Source: Macrostomum lignano
Taxonomy: Eukaryota
Length of the DNA: 64,000 bases
Assembly (NCBI GenBank): GCA_002269645.1
Contig: NIVC01002163.1
Span: forward strand, 124,001 to 188,000
Reading direction: 5' to 3'
This document shows positions 50,070-62,987 of the stretch, in pieces. The notes under the pieces are model-generated. The model saw only the letters and a program-made list of their open reading frames with translations, did no database searches and was not told where the DNA came from. Within the stretch, counting starts at the first letter, position 1. Each line of letters begins with the position of its first letter. The translations under genes and the position numbers were made by a program.

Positions 50070-51790
50070 GGGGGAGGGGAGATGAGAGGCAGAGGGGAAG
50101 AGAGGAGACAGGCAGAGATGAGAGAGGCAGAGAGAGGAGATGAGAAAGGCAAAGAGGGGAGATGAGAGAGTTAGAGAGGGGAAATGAGAGAGGCAGAGTG
50201 GAAATATGAGAGATGAGAGAGGGGAGATGAGAGGCAGAGAGGGGATATGAGAGATGAGAGAGGCAGAGGCAGAGAGGAGATATGAGAGATGAGAGAGGCA
50301 GAGGCAGAGAGGGGATATGAGAGATGAGAGAGGCAGAGAGGCAGAGAGGGGGGAGATGAGAGGCAGAGAGGGGAGATGAGAGAGGCAGAGAGGGGAGATG
50401 AGAGAGGCAGAGAGGGGAGATGAGAGGCAGAGAAAAGAGATGAGAGGCAGAGAGGGGAGATCTGAGAGGCAGAGAGGGGAGATGAGAGAGGCAGAGAGGG
50501 GAGATGAGAGGCAGAGAGGGGAGATGGGAGGCAGAGAGGGGAGATAAGAGAGGCAGAGAGGGGAGATGAGAGGCAGAGAGGGGAGATGAGAGAGGCAGAG
50601 AGGGGAGATGAGAGAGGCAGAGAGGGAAGATGAGAGAGGCAGAGAGGGGAGATGAGAGGCAGAGAGGGGAGATGGGAGGCAGAGAGGGGAGATAAGAGAG
50701 GCAGAGAGGGGAGATGAGAGGCAGAGAGGGGAGATGAGAGAGGCAGAGAGGGGAGATGAGAGAGGCAGAGAGGGGAGATGAGAGAGGCAGAGAGGGGAGA
50801 TGAGAGAGGCAGAGAGGGGAGATGGGAGGCAGAGAGGGGAGATAAGAGAGGCAGAGAGGGGAGATGAGAGGCAGAGAGGGGAGATAAGAGAGGCAGAGAG
50901 GGGAGATAAGAGAGGCAGAGAGGGGAGATGAGAGGCAGAGAGGGGAGATGAGAGAGGCAGAGAGGGGAGATGAGAGAGGCAGAGAGGGGAGATGAGAGAG
51001 GCAGAGAGGGGAGATGAGAGGCAGAGAGGGGAGATGGGAGGCAGAGAGGGGAGATAAGAGAGGCAGAGAGGGGAGATGAGAGGCAGAGAGGGGAGATAAG
51101 AGAGGCAGAGAGGGGAGATGAGAGAGGCAGGGAGGGGAGATGAGAGAGGCAGAGAGGGGAGATGAGAGAGGCAGAGAGGGGAGATGAGAGAGGCAGAGAG
51201 GGGAGATGAGAGAGGCAGAGAGGGGAGATGAGAGAGGCAGAGAGGGGAGATGAGAGGCAGAGAGGGGAGATGGGAGGCAGAGAGGGGAGATAAGAGAGGC
51301 AGAGAGGGGAGATGAGAGGCAGAGAGGGGAGATAAGAGAGGCAGAGAGGGGAGATGAGAGAGGCAGGGAGGGGAGATGAGAGAGGCAGAGAGGGGAGATG
51401 AGAGAGGCAGAGAGGGGAGATGAGAGAGGCAGAGAGGGGAGATGAGAGAGGCAGAGAGGGGAGATGGGAGGCAGAGAGGGGAGATGAGAGGCAGAGAGGG
51501 GAGATGAGAGAGGCAGAGAGGGGAGATGAGAGAGGCAGAGAGGGGAGATGAGAGAGGCAGAGAGGGGAGATGAGAGAGGCAGAGAGGGGAGATGACAGAG
51601 GCAGAGAGGGGAGATGAGAGAGGCAGAGAGGGGAGATGGGAGGCAGAGAGGGGAGATGAGAGGCAGAGAGGGGAGATGAGAGAGGCAGAGAGGGGAGATG
51701 AGAGAGGCAGAGAGGGGAGATGAGAGAGGCAGAGAGGGGAGATGACAGAGGCAGAGAGGGGAGATGAGAGAGGCAGAGAGGGGATATGAC
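50070..51790. repeat. 20/22-bp purine-rich minisatellite (gagaggcagagaggggagatga)
   Basis: Direct reading; source of the 700-aa spurious ORFs. Confidence 0.95.
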
Positions 51791-52676
51791 AACGGGGGAG
51801 ATTCGGGCAGTTTAAGAGAGCCAATATAGTAAAATTGAACCTGATGCACGGAGCGCGCAAGCCCGGGGAGAGTGGGGGAAATAGGGGATTGAAGAGATGG
51901 GAGATTTCGACTGGAAGAAGCAGGTAGAGCAGAGAGAATAGGGGCAGGACATGGGCCGGGCGACAAAATTTGGAATTTTTTTCTGCTTTTAGAGAAGCAA
52001 TGGAAGTGACAGAAGCAAGCAGCTTTTTTGTTCTTCTGAAAGCAGAAAATGGGGCTATGACTCTCTGTTTTGGCATCTTCCTGTACTCCGTCTTGCGCCT
52101 GCCTGTCTTTCTGTGTCTCTCGATGCGCAGCAACTGATAGCATTGGGGCGGACATCAATCAAGCCGGACATCGCAGAGTCGCAGCTATAAACAAAACACA
52201 TTGCTAAATGGCGCGAAATTAGCGGCACTTTGGCTGCTACCAGCTACCAGTTTTAGGCCGCTGACTGACTGACAGCGCCATCTGACGTGCGCTGTGGGGC
52301 GGGCCTTCTGCCCTGCCCTCAGCATCAGCCAGCCTGATCTCTACTGGTTCCATCAGAGCCTACAGCAGCAGTCTCTGCTCTCTCTGGCAGAAGCTGAATC
52401 CGGCACAAGCTGACCACCGTAGGGCATGTAAGCCTGCGTCTTCTGTCTCTCTAAACCATTGCATTGTTGAATTATTAATGCGTTAGGGATCTCCGCATTG
52501 CATTCAGATGCTGTATGCGCCTTTCATTGGCGGTCTCTCGGGGGGCATTTTACAGTTGAGTCAGTTTCGCTTCTGCTTGGATAACGGAGAGCAGCACTCC
52601 TGAGTCTGCCTGCCTGCCTAAATGTCTTTGTATCTGTCTTACTGCCTGTCCAACTGCCTGGGTGCCTGTCTCAGCA

Positions 52677-53045
<369 letters not shown>

Positions 53046-53574
53046 CTCTCTATCTGAGAGACTACTGCATCAATTGAAAAAGCTTTTAAAAGCTGAGTAG
53101 TGGATTTGAAATGGGGGATTTGAGTCGCACAAGGCTCTGAGAGCCGGTTTTTTACAAGAGCACAGAGGGATTAATCGCGTATTGAATTAGCAGCCGACAG
53201 AGGGCGCCGAAGAAGGCAGACAAGCATTCGATTAAAAATGAAAATTACGAGAATAATAAAGAGGAATACTGGGCCCAGTTGCGTGACGATCAGCTGCATA
53301 GCCGCAATTCTGGGACAAGAGTTTCTATTAAATTTGTTCGCCGCCAGAATTTTTGCCAGCAGGGAAGCGCAGGCCGGAGGCGCAAGTCGGTCGGTCAGCA
53401 AGAGTAAAAACAAAATATGCAAAACGCACTGGGACAGAAATTTTGAAAAAAAAATTTCCACCGTTGATTATTTTTTGGGTTAAATAAAGGAATAGTCTGC
53501 TTGCTTCCTGTAAAAATTCAAATTTTCCTTGTTTCCCATGAGTCTGGCTTAACGCCAAGGACCTGCCGCATCCC

Positions 53575-53900
53575 CAGCTTCATCATAGTCTATCCCAGCT
53601 TCATGATAATCTATCCTAGCTTCATCACAATCTGTCCTAGCTTCATCATTATGATTAGCTTCATCAGAATATATCCTAGCTTCATCAGAATCTATCCTAG
53701 CTTCATCATAGTCTATCCTAGCTTCATCAGAATCTATCCTAGCTTCATCATAGTCTATCCTAGCTTCATCATAATCTATCCCAGCTTCATGATAATCTAT
53801 CCTAGCTTCATCATAATCTGTCCTAGCTTCATCATAATCTATCCTAGCTTCATCATAATCTATCCTAGCTTCATCATAGTCTATGCCAACTGCATCATAG
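53575..53900. repeat. 21-bp minisatellite (tcctagcttcatcataatcta)
   Basis: Direct reading. Confidence 0.9.
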
Positions 53901-54085
53901 TCATCCCAGCTATCATAATCATTATAGTCATTCCAGTCTTATCATGCTCATCTTAACCCTAACTCCCTCTAAGCCTAACCATACTCATCCCAGTTTCACC
54001 AAGCTCACCCCAGCCCCAGCCTCACCATACTCACCCCAGCTTCATCATGCTCACCCCAGCTTCTCCATACTCATCCCAGCCTCAC

Positions 54086-54243
54086 CATATTGAGTCTCCT
54101 AGCAGCGGCAGCGAACTCAGCATAGCTACTGCTGCAGCTGCACAGATCGTCCTCGCAGGTTCCAGCAGCCGGAGCGCCAGCCGTGGAAAGATGGCTGTGC
54201 TGCATCCTCCGATCCAGAGTATTTTGACCGATCTCGAGGTGGA
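54086..54243 (-). CDS. Putative internal exon, possibly of the AIP3-domain gene
   Basis: VHLEIGQNTLDRRMQHSHLSTAGAPAAGTCEDDLCSCSSSYAEFAAAARRLNM ending at an ATG|GTGAGG donor; acceptor weak. Confidence 0.4.
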
Positions 54244-54524
54244 CTTTAGAAGTGTCTCAGATCTTCAATCTTTTATTGAACACAAATATCAGGCATAATT
54301 TAATTTCCGAAGATCCCTCTCGATCTAATGCGACAATGACTTGGGATTATCCCCCTGCTCAGGCAGTATAAAATGGGTCGGCGAGAAGGAATTATTGGCT
54401 GCCGCTGCCATTGGCTGGGCGCTTGGGCAGCCAATTGGTTCTGCAGTATCAATGCATTATGCTGCACCTCCTGTATGCGGCTTTCTGGCGCCCAAGTATG
54501 AGGTTAGCCAGCCTAGGTAAGTAT

Positions 54525-55100
54525 TGTGTAGATTGGATTGCGGTTTGGTAGATTGGTGGAGCGGTTTGGTAGATTGGATGCGCGGTTTGGTAGATTAGTG
54601 GAGCGGCTTAGTAGATTGGATGAGCGGTTTGGTAGATTGGTGGAGCGGTTTGGTAGATTGGATAAGCAATCTGGTAGATTTCAGGAACGGTTTAGTAGAT
54701 TGGAGTAGCGGTTTGGTAGATTGGATTGGATAAGCAATCGGGCAGATTGGAGGAGCAGTTCGGTAGATTGGAGAAGCGTTTGGTACATGGCTGGAGCGGT
54801 TTGGTAGATTGGATAAGCAATCTGGTAGATTGTAGGAGCAGTTTGGTAGATTGGTAGAGCGGTTTGGTAGATTTGATAAGCAATCTGGTAGAGTGTAGGA
54901 TCAGTTTGGTAGATTGGTGGAGCGGTTTGGTAGATTAAAGGAGCAGTTTGGTAGATTTTTGGAGCGGTTTGGTTGATTGGATAAGCAATCTGGTAGATTG
55001 GATGAGCGATTTGGTAGATTGGATGAGCGGTTTGGTAGATTGGTGGAGCGGTTGGCAAATTGGGTCAGCGGTTTGGTAGATTGGTGTGGTAGATTGGATG
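54525..55100. repeat. 21-bp minisatellite (ttggtagattggtggagcggt)
   Basis: Direct reading. Confidence 0.9.
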
Positions 55101-55611
55101 TGCCAGTAGGAGCGGCTGTTAGGTGCATCTAGACAGGAAAAAATATGTAGGGCGGCTAAGCGACAGGAATTCGGCCACGATTTCATAGCCGAAGTTCAGG
55201 CACAGTGCGCATGACACTCTGCGGCCTTTCAACCTCGCGCTATCGACAGATCTGCTTCTGCAGTCAGCCTACTAAGGCGACTTCTGCAGCTCATGCTTTC
55301 GAAAGCAGAAGTGCGCAATAAACAGACTGCGCCTCCATACGTTCGATCTCCCCTGTTTACATCGCCATCACTCATCGTTTTCCTTGCAAGCGTCTGCTTC
55401 TGCCTTCTTCAAAAAAGGAAATTCCACAGTTTACAACTAAAAGCATCCACCGGACTGTCACTGGGCAGCAGTGAATATCCAAGACGGTTTGAAATTTTCG
55501 ATCAATTCCAGCTCCCCAAGCGCGAGTCACCACGTTGGGGATAAACAGCCTTCGTGTCAGACAAGATTGCTTGGAAATAGAAGCGAGCCAGGGATCTTGA
55601 GCACTTCTCAG

Positions 55612-56640
55612 TCTCGACACTTCCCAATCCTGACACTTCCAATCCTGACACTTCCAATCCTGACAATTCCAATCCTGACACTTCCCAATCCTGACACTTC
55701 CCAATCCTGACACTTCCAATCCTGACACTTCCAATCCTGACAATTCCAATCCTGACACTTCCAATCCTGACACTTCCAATCCTGACACTTCCAATCCTGA
55801 CAATTCCAATCCTGACAATTCCAATCCTGACATTTCCAATCCTGACCATTCCAATCCTGACAATTCCCAATTCTGCCAGTTCCGATCCTGACAATTCCAA
55901 TCCTGACATTTCCAATCCTGACAATTCCTATTCTGACAATTCCTATTCTGACAGTTCCTATTCTGCCAGTTCCAATCCTGACAATTCCAATCCTGACATT
56001 TCCAATCCTGACATTTCCAATCCTGACAATTCCTATTCTGACAATTCCAATCCTGACAATTCCCAATTCTGCCAGTTCCAATCCTGACACTTCCAATCCT
56101 GACACTTCCCAGTTCTGCCAGTTCCAATCCTGACAGTTCCAATCCTGACATTTCCAATCCTGACAATTCCAATCCTGACAATTCCTATTCTGACAATTCC
56201 TATTCTGCCAGTTCCAATCCTGACACTTCCAATCCTGACACTTCCCAGTTCTGCCAGTTCCAATCCTGACATTTCCAATCCTGACAATTCCAATCCTGAC
56301 AATTCCAATCCTGACAATTCCTATTCTGACAATTCCTATTCTGCCAGTTCCAATCCTGACACTTCCAATCCTGACACTTCCCAGTTCTGCCAGTTCCAAT
56401 CCTGACATTTCCAATCCTGACAATTCCTATCCTGACATTTCCAATCCTGACAATTCCAATCCTGACAATTCCTATTCCGACAATTCCAATCCTGACAATT
56501 CCAATCCTGACAATTCCAATCCTGACAATTCCTATTCTGACAATTCCAATCCTGACAATTCCAATCCTGACAATTCCAATCCTGACAATTCCTATCCTGA
56601 CATTTCCAATTCTGACGATTCCGATCCTGACACTTTCTAT
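55612..56640. repeat. 15/16-bp minisatellite (tcctgacaattccaa), same family as 43060-44175
   Basis: Shared TCCTGACA[C/A]TTCC core, same orientation. Confidence 0.93.
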
Positions 56641-57552
56641 CCTGGCCCGAAAGGACGATTTATTGAATATCCAGACGTGGACTTGAAACGCAAAGGACAA
56701 TAAATAAAAAATAAATAAAGTCGATAAAACCAATAGCACAGGTAATTTTGTTATCGAAGTGCCCGTGTCTGTTAAAGTGCACAAACGATCACTACAATCT
56801 CGATCTGGATGGCGGACAGACGGTTAACAGATTGAAAAAGTGATCACCATGAGCAAAGAAAGGTCTGTCTCAATCAGAACTGTCAGGGACGCAACTGTCA
56901 AGTTCTGCATAGGCTATGCGTGTTTATTTGCAATATGAAATATGAAATGACAAAGGGAGCACACGCACTCACGCATAGGTGAAGCTGGGGATGCTGGGCC
57001 ACAGATGAGGCGGGATATCTATAGAAAACTGGTGAGTGCCGGGCTTCGGATGGAGCACATGCACACAAGATTATAAATACAGTAAAATGAGCAATGCATA
57101 GCAGTAATATATTATACTTATTAACAGTAGTATCAGCAGCAGTAGTAAAAAAAGATAAAAAAGTCAGCCATGTGCCAGTCTTTCACTCCCAGTCCTGTGC
57201 AGCTATGAGCATTCTCAGTTGGTGTTATTATTTAAACATTTTGGAAGAATTTCTAAAAAATCATAAAAGCCACAACGCAGAGAAATTGTCTTCTGCAGGA
57301 CAACTAGGCGCTGCAAGCAGACCTAGAATAGACCTACTGTCAAAACTCTTTGAAGTTAGTTGCTATGCAAATTTAGTAGCTGAGCAGAGCGCTGGTAAAA
57401 AGTCGAAACATTTTTTCTGACAAATTTATTCGCAAAAGGCAATATGTAGTACTACAATGAGTAGGTACACTTTTAGTGAAATTATAATGCCGGTAATTGA
57501 CCAAACTCAATGGGGGTCAGAGGCCACTTTCTAGGGATTAAGGGCTGACTCT

Positions 57553-60500
57553 CATGGGGTCAGAGGGCGACTCTCAGATGGGGTCAGAGGGCGACTCTCA
57601 GATGGGGTCAGAGGGCGACTCTCAGATGGGGTCAGAGGGCGACTCTCAGATGGGGTCAGAGGGCGACTCTCAGATGGGGTCAGAGGGCGACTCTCAGATG
57701 GGGTCAGAGGGCGATTCTTATGGGGTCAGAGGGCGACTCTCTTATGGGGTCAGAGGGCGATTCTCTTATGGGGTCAGAGGGCGACTCTCAGATGGGGTCA
57801 GAGGGAGACTCTCAGATGGGATCAGAGGGCGACTCTCAGATGGGGTCAGAGGGCGACTCTCAGATGGGGTCAGAGGGCGACTCTCAGATGGGGTCAGAGG
57901 GCGACTCTCAGATGGGGTCAGAGGGCGACTCTCAGATGGGGTCAGAGGGCGACTCTCAGATGGGGTCAGAGGGCGACTCTCAGATGGGGTCAGAGGGCGA
58001 TTCTCTTATGGGGTCAGAGGGCGACTCTCAGATGGGATCAGAGGGCGACTCTCAGATGGGGTCAGAGGGCGACTCTCAGATGGGGTCAGAGGGCGACTCT
58101 CAGATGGGGTCAGAGGGCGACTCTCAGATGGGGTCAGAGGGCGACTCTCAGATGGGGTCAGAGGGCGACTCTCAGATGGGGTCAGAGGGCGACTCTCAGA
58201 TGGGGTCAGAGGGCGACTCTCAGATGGGGTCAGAGGGCGATTCTCTTATGGGGTCAGAGGGCGACTCTCAGATGGGATCAGAGGGCGACTCTCAGATGGG
58301 GTCAGAGGGCGACTCTCAGATGGGGTCAGAGGGAGACTCTCAGATGGGGTCAGAGGGCGACTCTCAGATGGGGTCAGAGGGCGACTCTCAGATGGGGTCA
58401 GAGGGCGACTCTCAGATGGGGTCAGAGGGCGACTCTCAGATGGGGTCAGAGGGCGACTCTCAGATGGGGTCAGAGGGCGACTCTCAGATGGGGTCAGAGG
58501 GCGACTCTCAGATGGGGTCAGAGGGCGACTCTCAGATGGGGTCAGAGGGCGACTCTCAGATGGGGTCAGAGGGCGATTCTCTTATGGGGTCAGAGGGCGA
58601 CTCTCAGATGGGGTCAGAGGGCGATTCTCTTATGGGGTCAGAGGGCGACTCTCAGATGGGGTCAGAGGGAGACTCTCAGATGGGATCAGAGGGCGACTCT
58701 CAGATGGGGTCAGAGGGCGACTCTCAGATGGGGTCAGAGGGCGACTCTCAGATGGGGTCAGAGGGCGACTCTCAGATGGGGTCAGAGGGCGACTCTCAGA
58801 TGGGGTCAGAGGGAGACTCTCAGATGGGATCAGAGGGCGACTCTCAGATGGGGTCAGAGGGCGACTCTCAGATGGGGTCAGAGGGCGACTCTCAGATGGG
58901 GTCAGAGGGCGACTCTCAGATGGGGTCAGAGGGCGACTCTCAGATGGGGTCAGAGGGCGATTCTCTTATGGGGTCAGAGGGCGACTCTCAGATGGGGTCA
59001 GAGGGCGACTCTCAGATGGGATCAGAGGGCGACTCTCAGATGGGGTCAGAGGGCGACTCTCAGATGGGTCAGAGGGCGACTCTCAGATGGGGTCAGAGGG
59101 CGATTCTCTTATGGGGTCAGAGGGCGACTCTCAGATGGGGTCAGAGGGAGACTCTCAGATGGGGTCAGAGGGAGACTCTCAGATGGGATCAGAGGGCGAC
59201 TCTCAGATGGGGTCAGAGGGAGACTCTCAGATGGGGTCAGAGGGCGACTCTCAGATGGGGTCAGAGGGCGATTCTCTTATGGGGTCAGAGGGCGACTCTC
59301 AGATGGGGTCAGAGGGAGACTCTCAGATGGGATCAGAGGGCGACTCTCAGATGGGGTCAGAGGGCGACTCTCAGATGGGTCAGAGGGCGACTCTCAGATG
59401 GGGTCAGAGGGCGATTCTCTTATGGGGTCAGAGGGCGACTCTCAGATGGGGTCAGAGGGAGACTCTCAGATGGGGTCAGAGGGCGACTCTCAGATGGGGT
59501 CAGAGGGCGACTCTCAGATGGGGTCAGAGGGCGACTCTCAGATGGGGTCAGAGGGCGATTCTCTTATGGGGTCAGAGGGCGACTCTCAGATGGGGTCAGA
59601 GGGCGATTCTCTTATGGGGTCAGAGGGCGACTCTCAGATGGGGTCAGAGGGAGACTCTCAGATGGGATCAGAGGGCGACTCTCAGATGGGGTCAGAGGGC
59701 GACTCTCAGATGGGGTCAGAGGGCGACTCTTAGATGGGGTCAGAGGGCGACTCTCAGATGGGATCAGAGGGCGACTCTCAGATGGGGTCAGAGGGCGACT
59801 CTCAGATGGGGTCAGAGGGCGACTCTCAGATGGGGTCAGAGGGCGACTCTCAGATGGGGTCAGAGGGCGACTCTCAGATGGGGTCAGAGGGCGACTCTCA
59901 GATGGGGTCAGAGGGCGACTCTCAGATGGGGTCAGAGGGCGACTCTCAGATGGGGTCAGAGGGCGACTCTCAGATGGGGTCAGAGGGCGATTCTCAGATG
60001 GGATCAGAGGGCGACTCTCAGATGGGGTCAGAGGGCGACTCTCAGATGGGGTCAGAGGGCGACTCTCAGATGGGGTCAGAGGGCGACTCTCAGATGGGGT
60101 CAGAGGGCGACTCTCAGATGGGGTCAGAGGGAGACTCTCAGATGGGGTCAGAGGGCGACTCTCAGATGGGGTCAGAGGGCGACTCTCAGATGGGGTCAGA
60201 GGGCGACTCTCAGATGGGGTCAGAGGGCGACTCTCAGATGGGGTCAGAGGGCGACTCTCAGATGGGGTCAGAGGGCGACTCTCAGATGGGGTCAGAGGGC
60301 GACTCTCAGATGGGGTCAGAGGGCGACTCTCAGATGGGGTCAGAGGGCGACTCTCAGATGGGGTCAGAGGGCGACTCTCAGATGGGGTCAGAGGGCGACT
60401 CTCAGATGGGGTCAGAGGGCGACTCTCAGATGGGGTCAGAGGGCGACTCTCAGATGGGGTCAGAGGGCGATTCTCTTATGGGGTCAGAGGGCGACTCTCA

Positions 60501-60600
60501 GATGGGGTCAGAGGGCGATTCTCTTATGGGGTCAGAGGGCGACTCTCATGGGGTCAGAGGGAGACTCTCAGATGGGGTCAGAGGGCGACTCTCATATGGG
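57553..60600. repeat. 24-bp minisatellite, about 127 copies (atggggtcagagggcgactctcag)
   Basis: Direct reading; source of the 1024- and 966-aa spurious ORFs. Confidence 0.97.
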
Positions 60601-61294
60601 ATCAGATGGCAATATTATAAGAGGATAATGGAAGGCATTACAGAACATGGCTGGATACTAATTAAACGCCCTACAATGCGTAAAATCTTATCAGACCTAT
60701 TTAAACAAAACAAAAAATTCACAGGAAAAAAATTGCCTCGAATACTACTCACTTTACTAGACAGAGTAGCAACAGTAGGGCATGCGCTTGTACAGAGCAA
60801 GATAATAAATTTGCTAGGATCAATAAGAAATTGCCGCGATCCTGTACACTGGCCCCCTGAGATTCTGTTTCAATATAGTTATTATTTTGATAAGAGAAAT
60901 AGAAAATATCGATTAATTAATACGACATGATTAGACAAGGAAAAACAGTAAAGCGACTGATTGTAGAAGGCAGACTTGAACTGTTTAATAAGCGGGATTA
61001 GGGGATTAATCTGTCAAGATCACAGACTGTGACATAGTATTAATAGGCATTGCATCCATAGTCAAGGAATTACTAGGCGGGGGTGGGAGCTACAAAGAAA
61101 AAAAACAACTACAAACTGATGTGTTTAGAAGAAGTTTTTTTATACAGAATGGGGTAGCCGCGAGAGCAGTGCATTGGAATGGACAGGTGTGTGCTTGTGT
61201 CAATCAATTAACAGGTAGACAGGTTAGCTCAACTGCTAATGCTGCTGTTGTGTACAAGAAATTCTGCAGGCAGCAGGCAGCTCAGAATGGATAC

Positions 61295-61315
61295 CTGTGA
61301 TTCAGCTGCGAAGTC

Positions 61316-61348
<33 letters not shown>

Positions 61349-61556
61349 ATGGGGTAGGCAGGCTGGTGCTGCTGATATGCGCCATAGCCTGGCTGATAGA
61401 AACTGTACGGCATCGGCGACTGCTGCTGCGAATGATGAAGCTGCTGAGGAGGCTGATGCTGCTGATAAGGCAGCTGCTGGTGCTGCTCCGGCTGCTGGTA
61501 CGGCGCCGATGCATAATCGGCAAATGGTCGGTAAGGCGGGTCCGGCGGCTTGGACG
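61295..61556 (-). CDS. Pro/Gln/Tyr-rich internal exon, possibly the N-terminal part of the AIP3-domain gene
   Basis: CTAACCCACAG acceptor and CAG|GTATCC donor; SKPPDPPYRPFADYASAPYQQPEQHQQLPYQQHQPPQQ...PMPPPPPPPPPTSQLNHR; frame not in the ORF track. Confidence 0.65.
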
Positions 61557-62039
61557 CTGTGGGTTAGCAACAGGAATTTTGGACCGGAAATGAGCATCGA
61601 AAATCATTCCTAATCAGACTCGGCCTCGTAAAGAAGGATTGGGTTTCTTCTCTTGGGAAAAAAACTGATTACCGGAGAAACTACCGCTCCGACAGTCAAA
61701 TATTTTTTTAGCATCTATGCGCCAACTATGCCTACTGAATAGAGTCCCAGCAGTAGTGTAGTTTGGATATTAATTTAATTTTAATCCAAAAATGGGGAGG
61801 TGGTGTTTGGCTCCGCATAAAATATCGATTTTTCACGCGCACCTAGAATTTGCGGCGAACTATTTTTAGTACGGCATAATAATATACTTATTATATTATT
61901 ATGCCGTATATTACTTAATACTGAATTATTATCTGATATAATACTGAATTATCTGATATTATTATCCGGCAAACTCAGTCCTGCGAAGCCTCTCTATCCT
62001 TTGAAAATTCAAAATAGCAACCCGGACCGATCAATATTT

Positions 62040-62370
62040 GTCTATTCTCAGCTCTCTTCTCTCCTTTCTCCCTATCTCTTATCTCTTCATTCTTCATATC
62101 ATTTCTTATCTCATCTTTCCGTTCTCTCGCCTCTCCTCTCTCCCCACTTCTCTCCCTCTCTTCCCTCCTCTCCTCTCTCCCCACTTCTCTACTCTCTCCC
62201 CTCTTCTCGCTTCGCTTCTCTCCTCTCCTTATCTTATCTCTTCTATTTTTTCATTTTTTTTCATCTCTAATCTCATCTCCTTTCTCGCCTACTACAGTCT
62301 CACATCTTTTCTTCCCTCTTCTCTCACATCTCTGCCTTCTTCACTGTCATCTATTCTCTCACCTTTTCTC
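62040..62370. repeat. CT-rich low-complexity tract
   Basis: Direct reading. Confidence 0.8.
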
Positions 62371-62940
62371 TCTCATCAAGCCAGGAGCAAAATTTTTTAT
62401 CTCGCCGAAGAGGTAAAAGAATTTCTGACCCCTGCTTTATACAACAAGCATTTCTAGCTAGCGGGCCTGAGAGAAGACTGGAGTCACAAAAGCGGTAGGT
62501 AGATAGAGAGCACGGAGGGGCAGAGAGGAGGGTACAATGCGCACAAAAAGCGCACCAACTGTCTCGGGTCCCCAAAGTGACAAAGTTTGCGCAAGAGAAT
62601 GAAAGGCAGGGAAAGAGAAAGGCCTCAGGAGTGCCTGCGCGCTCGAAACGCAGGCAGGAGGCATCCCCCCCCCCCACTTTCCCAAGTCACACGAGGGCGG
62701 CGAGTCTTCTTTTAAGGTCACAGCAAGAGGCGCAGGCCGGGCTGCAAAATTCATTGTCTCTTGTCTCAGACTCGACGGAGAGTCCTCCGAGACTAAGAGA
62801 ACGCTGAAAGAGAAAAGAAGACCTTGGAAAAACTGGTCTTACGGTATATCGATAGACAGGGGGGATAGGGTAGAGGCGACACCCTCAGGCTCCCCTAAGC
62901 TGCTGCTGCTGGTAAGGCTTGGTTTTCCATTCTACCAAGC

Positions 62941-62945
<5 letters not shown>

Positions 62946-62982
<37 letters not shown>
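62946..62982. repeat. (GA)n microsatellite
   Basis: Direct reading. Confidence 0.95.

Positions 62983-62987
<5 letters not shown>

Noticed and set aside
49995-52158. 700-aa Ser/Pro/Leu ORFs
   Set aside because: Translations of a stop-free purine minisatellite in two frames
57554-60628. 1024- and 966-aa ORFs
   Set aside because: The 24-bp unit is stop-free in all plus frames and the ORFs switch frame at indels; not protein-like
61239-61613. Ala-rich plus-strand ORF
   Set aside because: Antisense to a splice-site-bounded Pro/Gln-rich minus-strand exon
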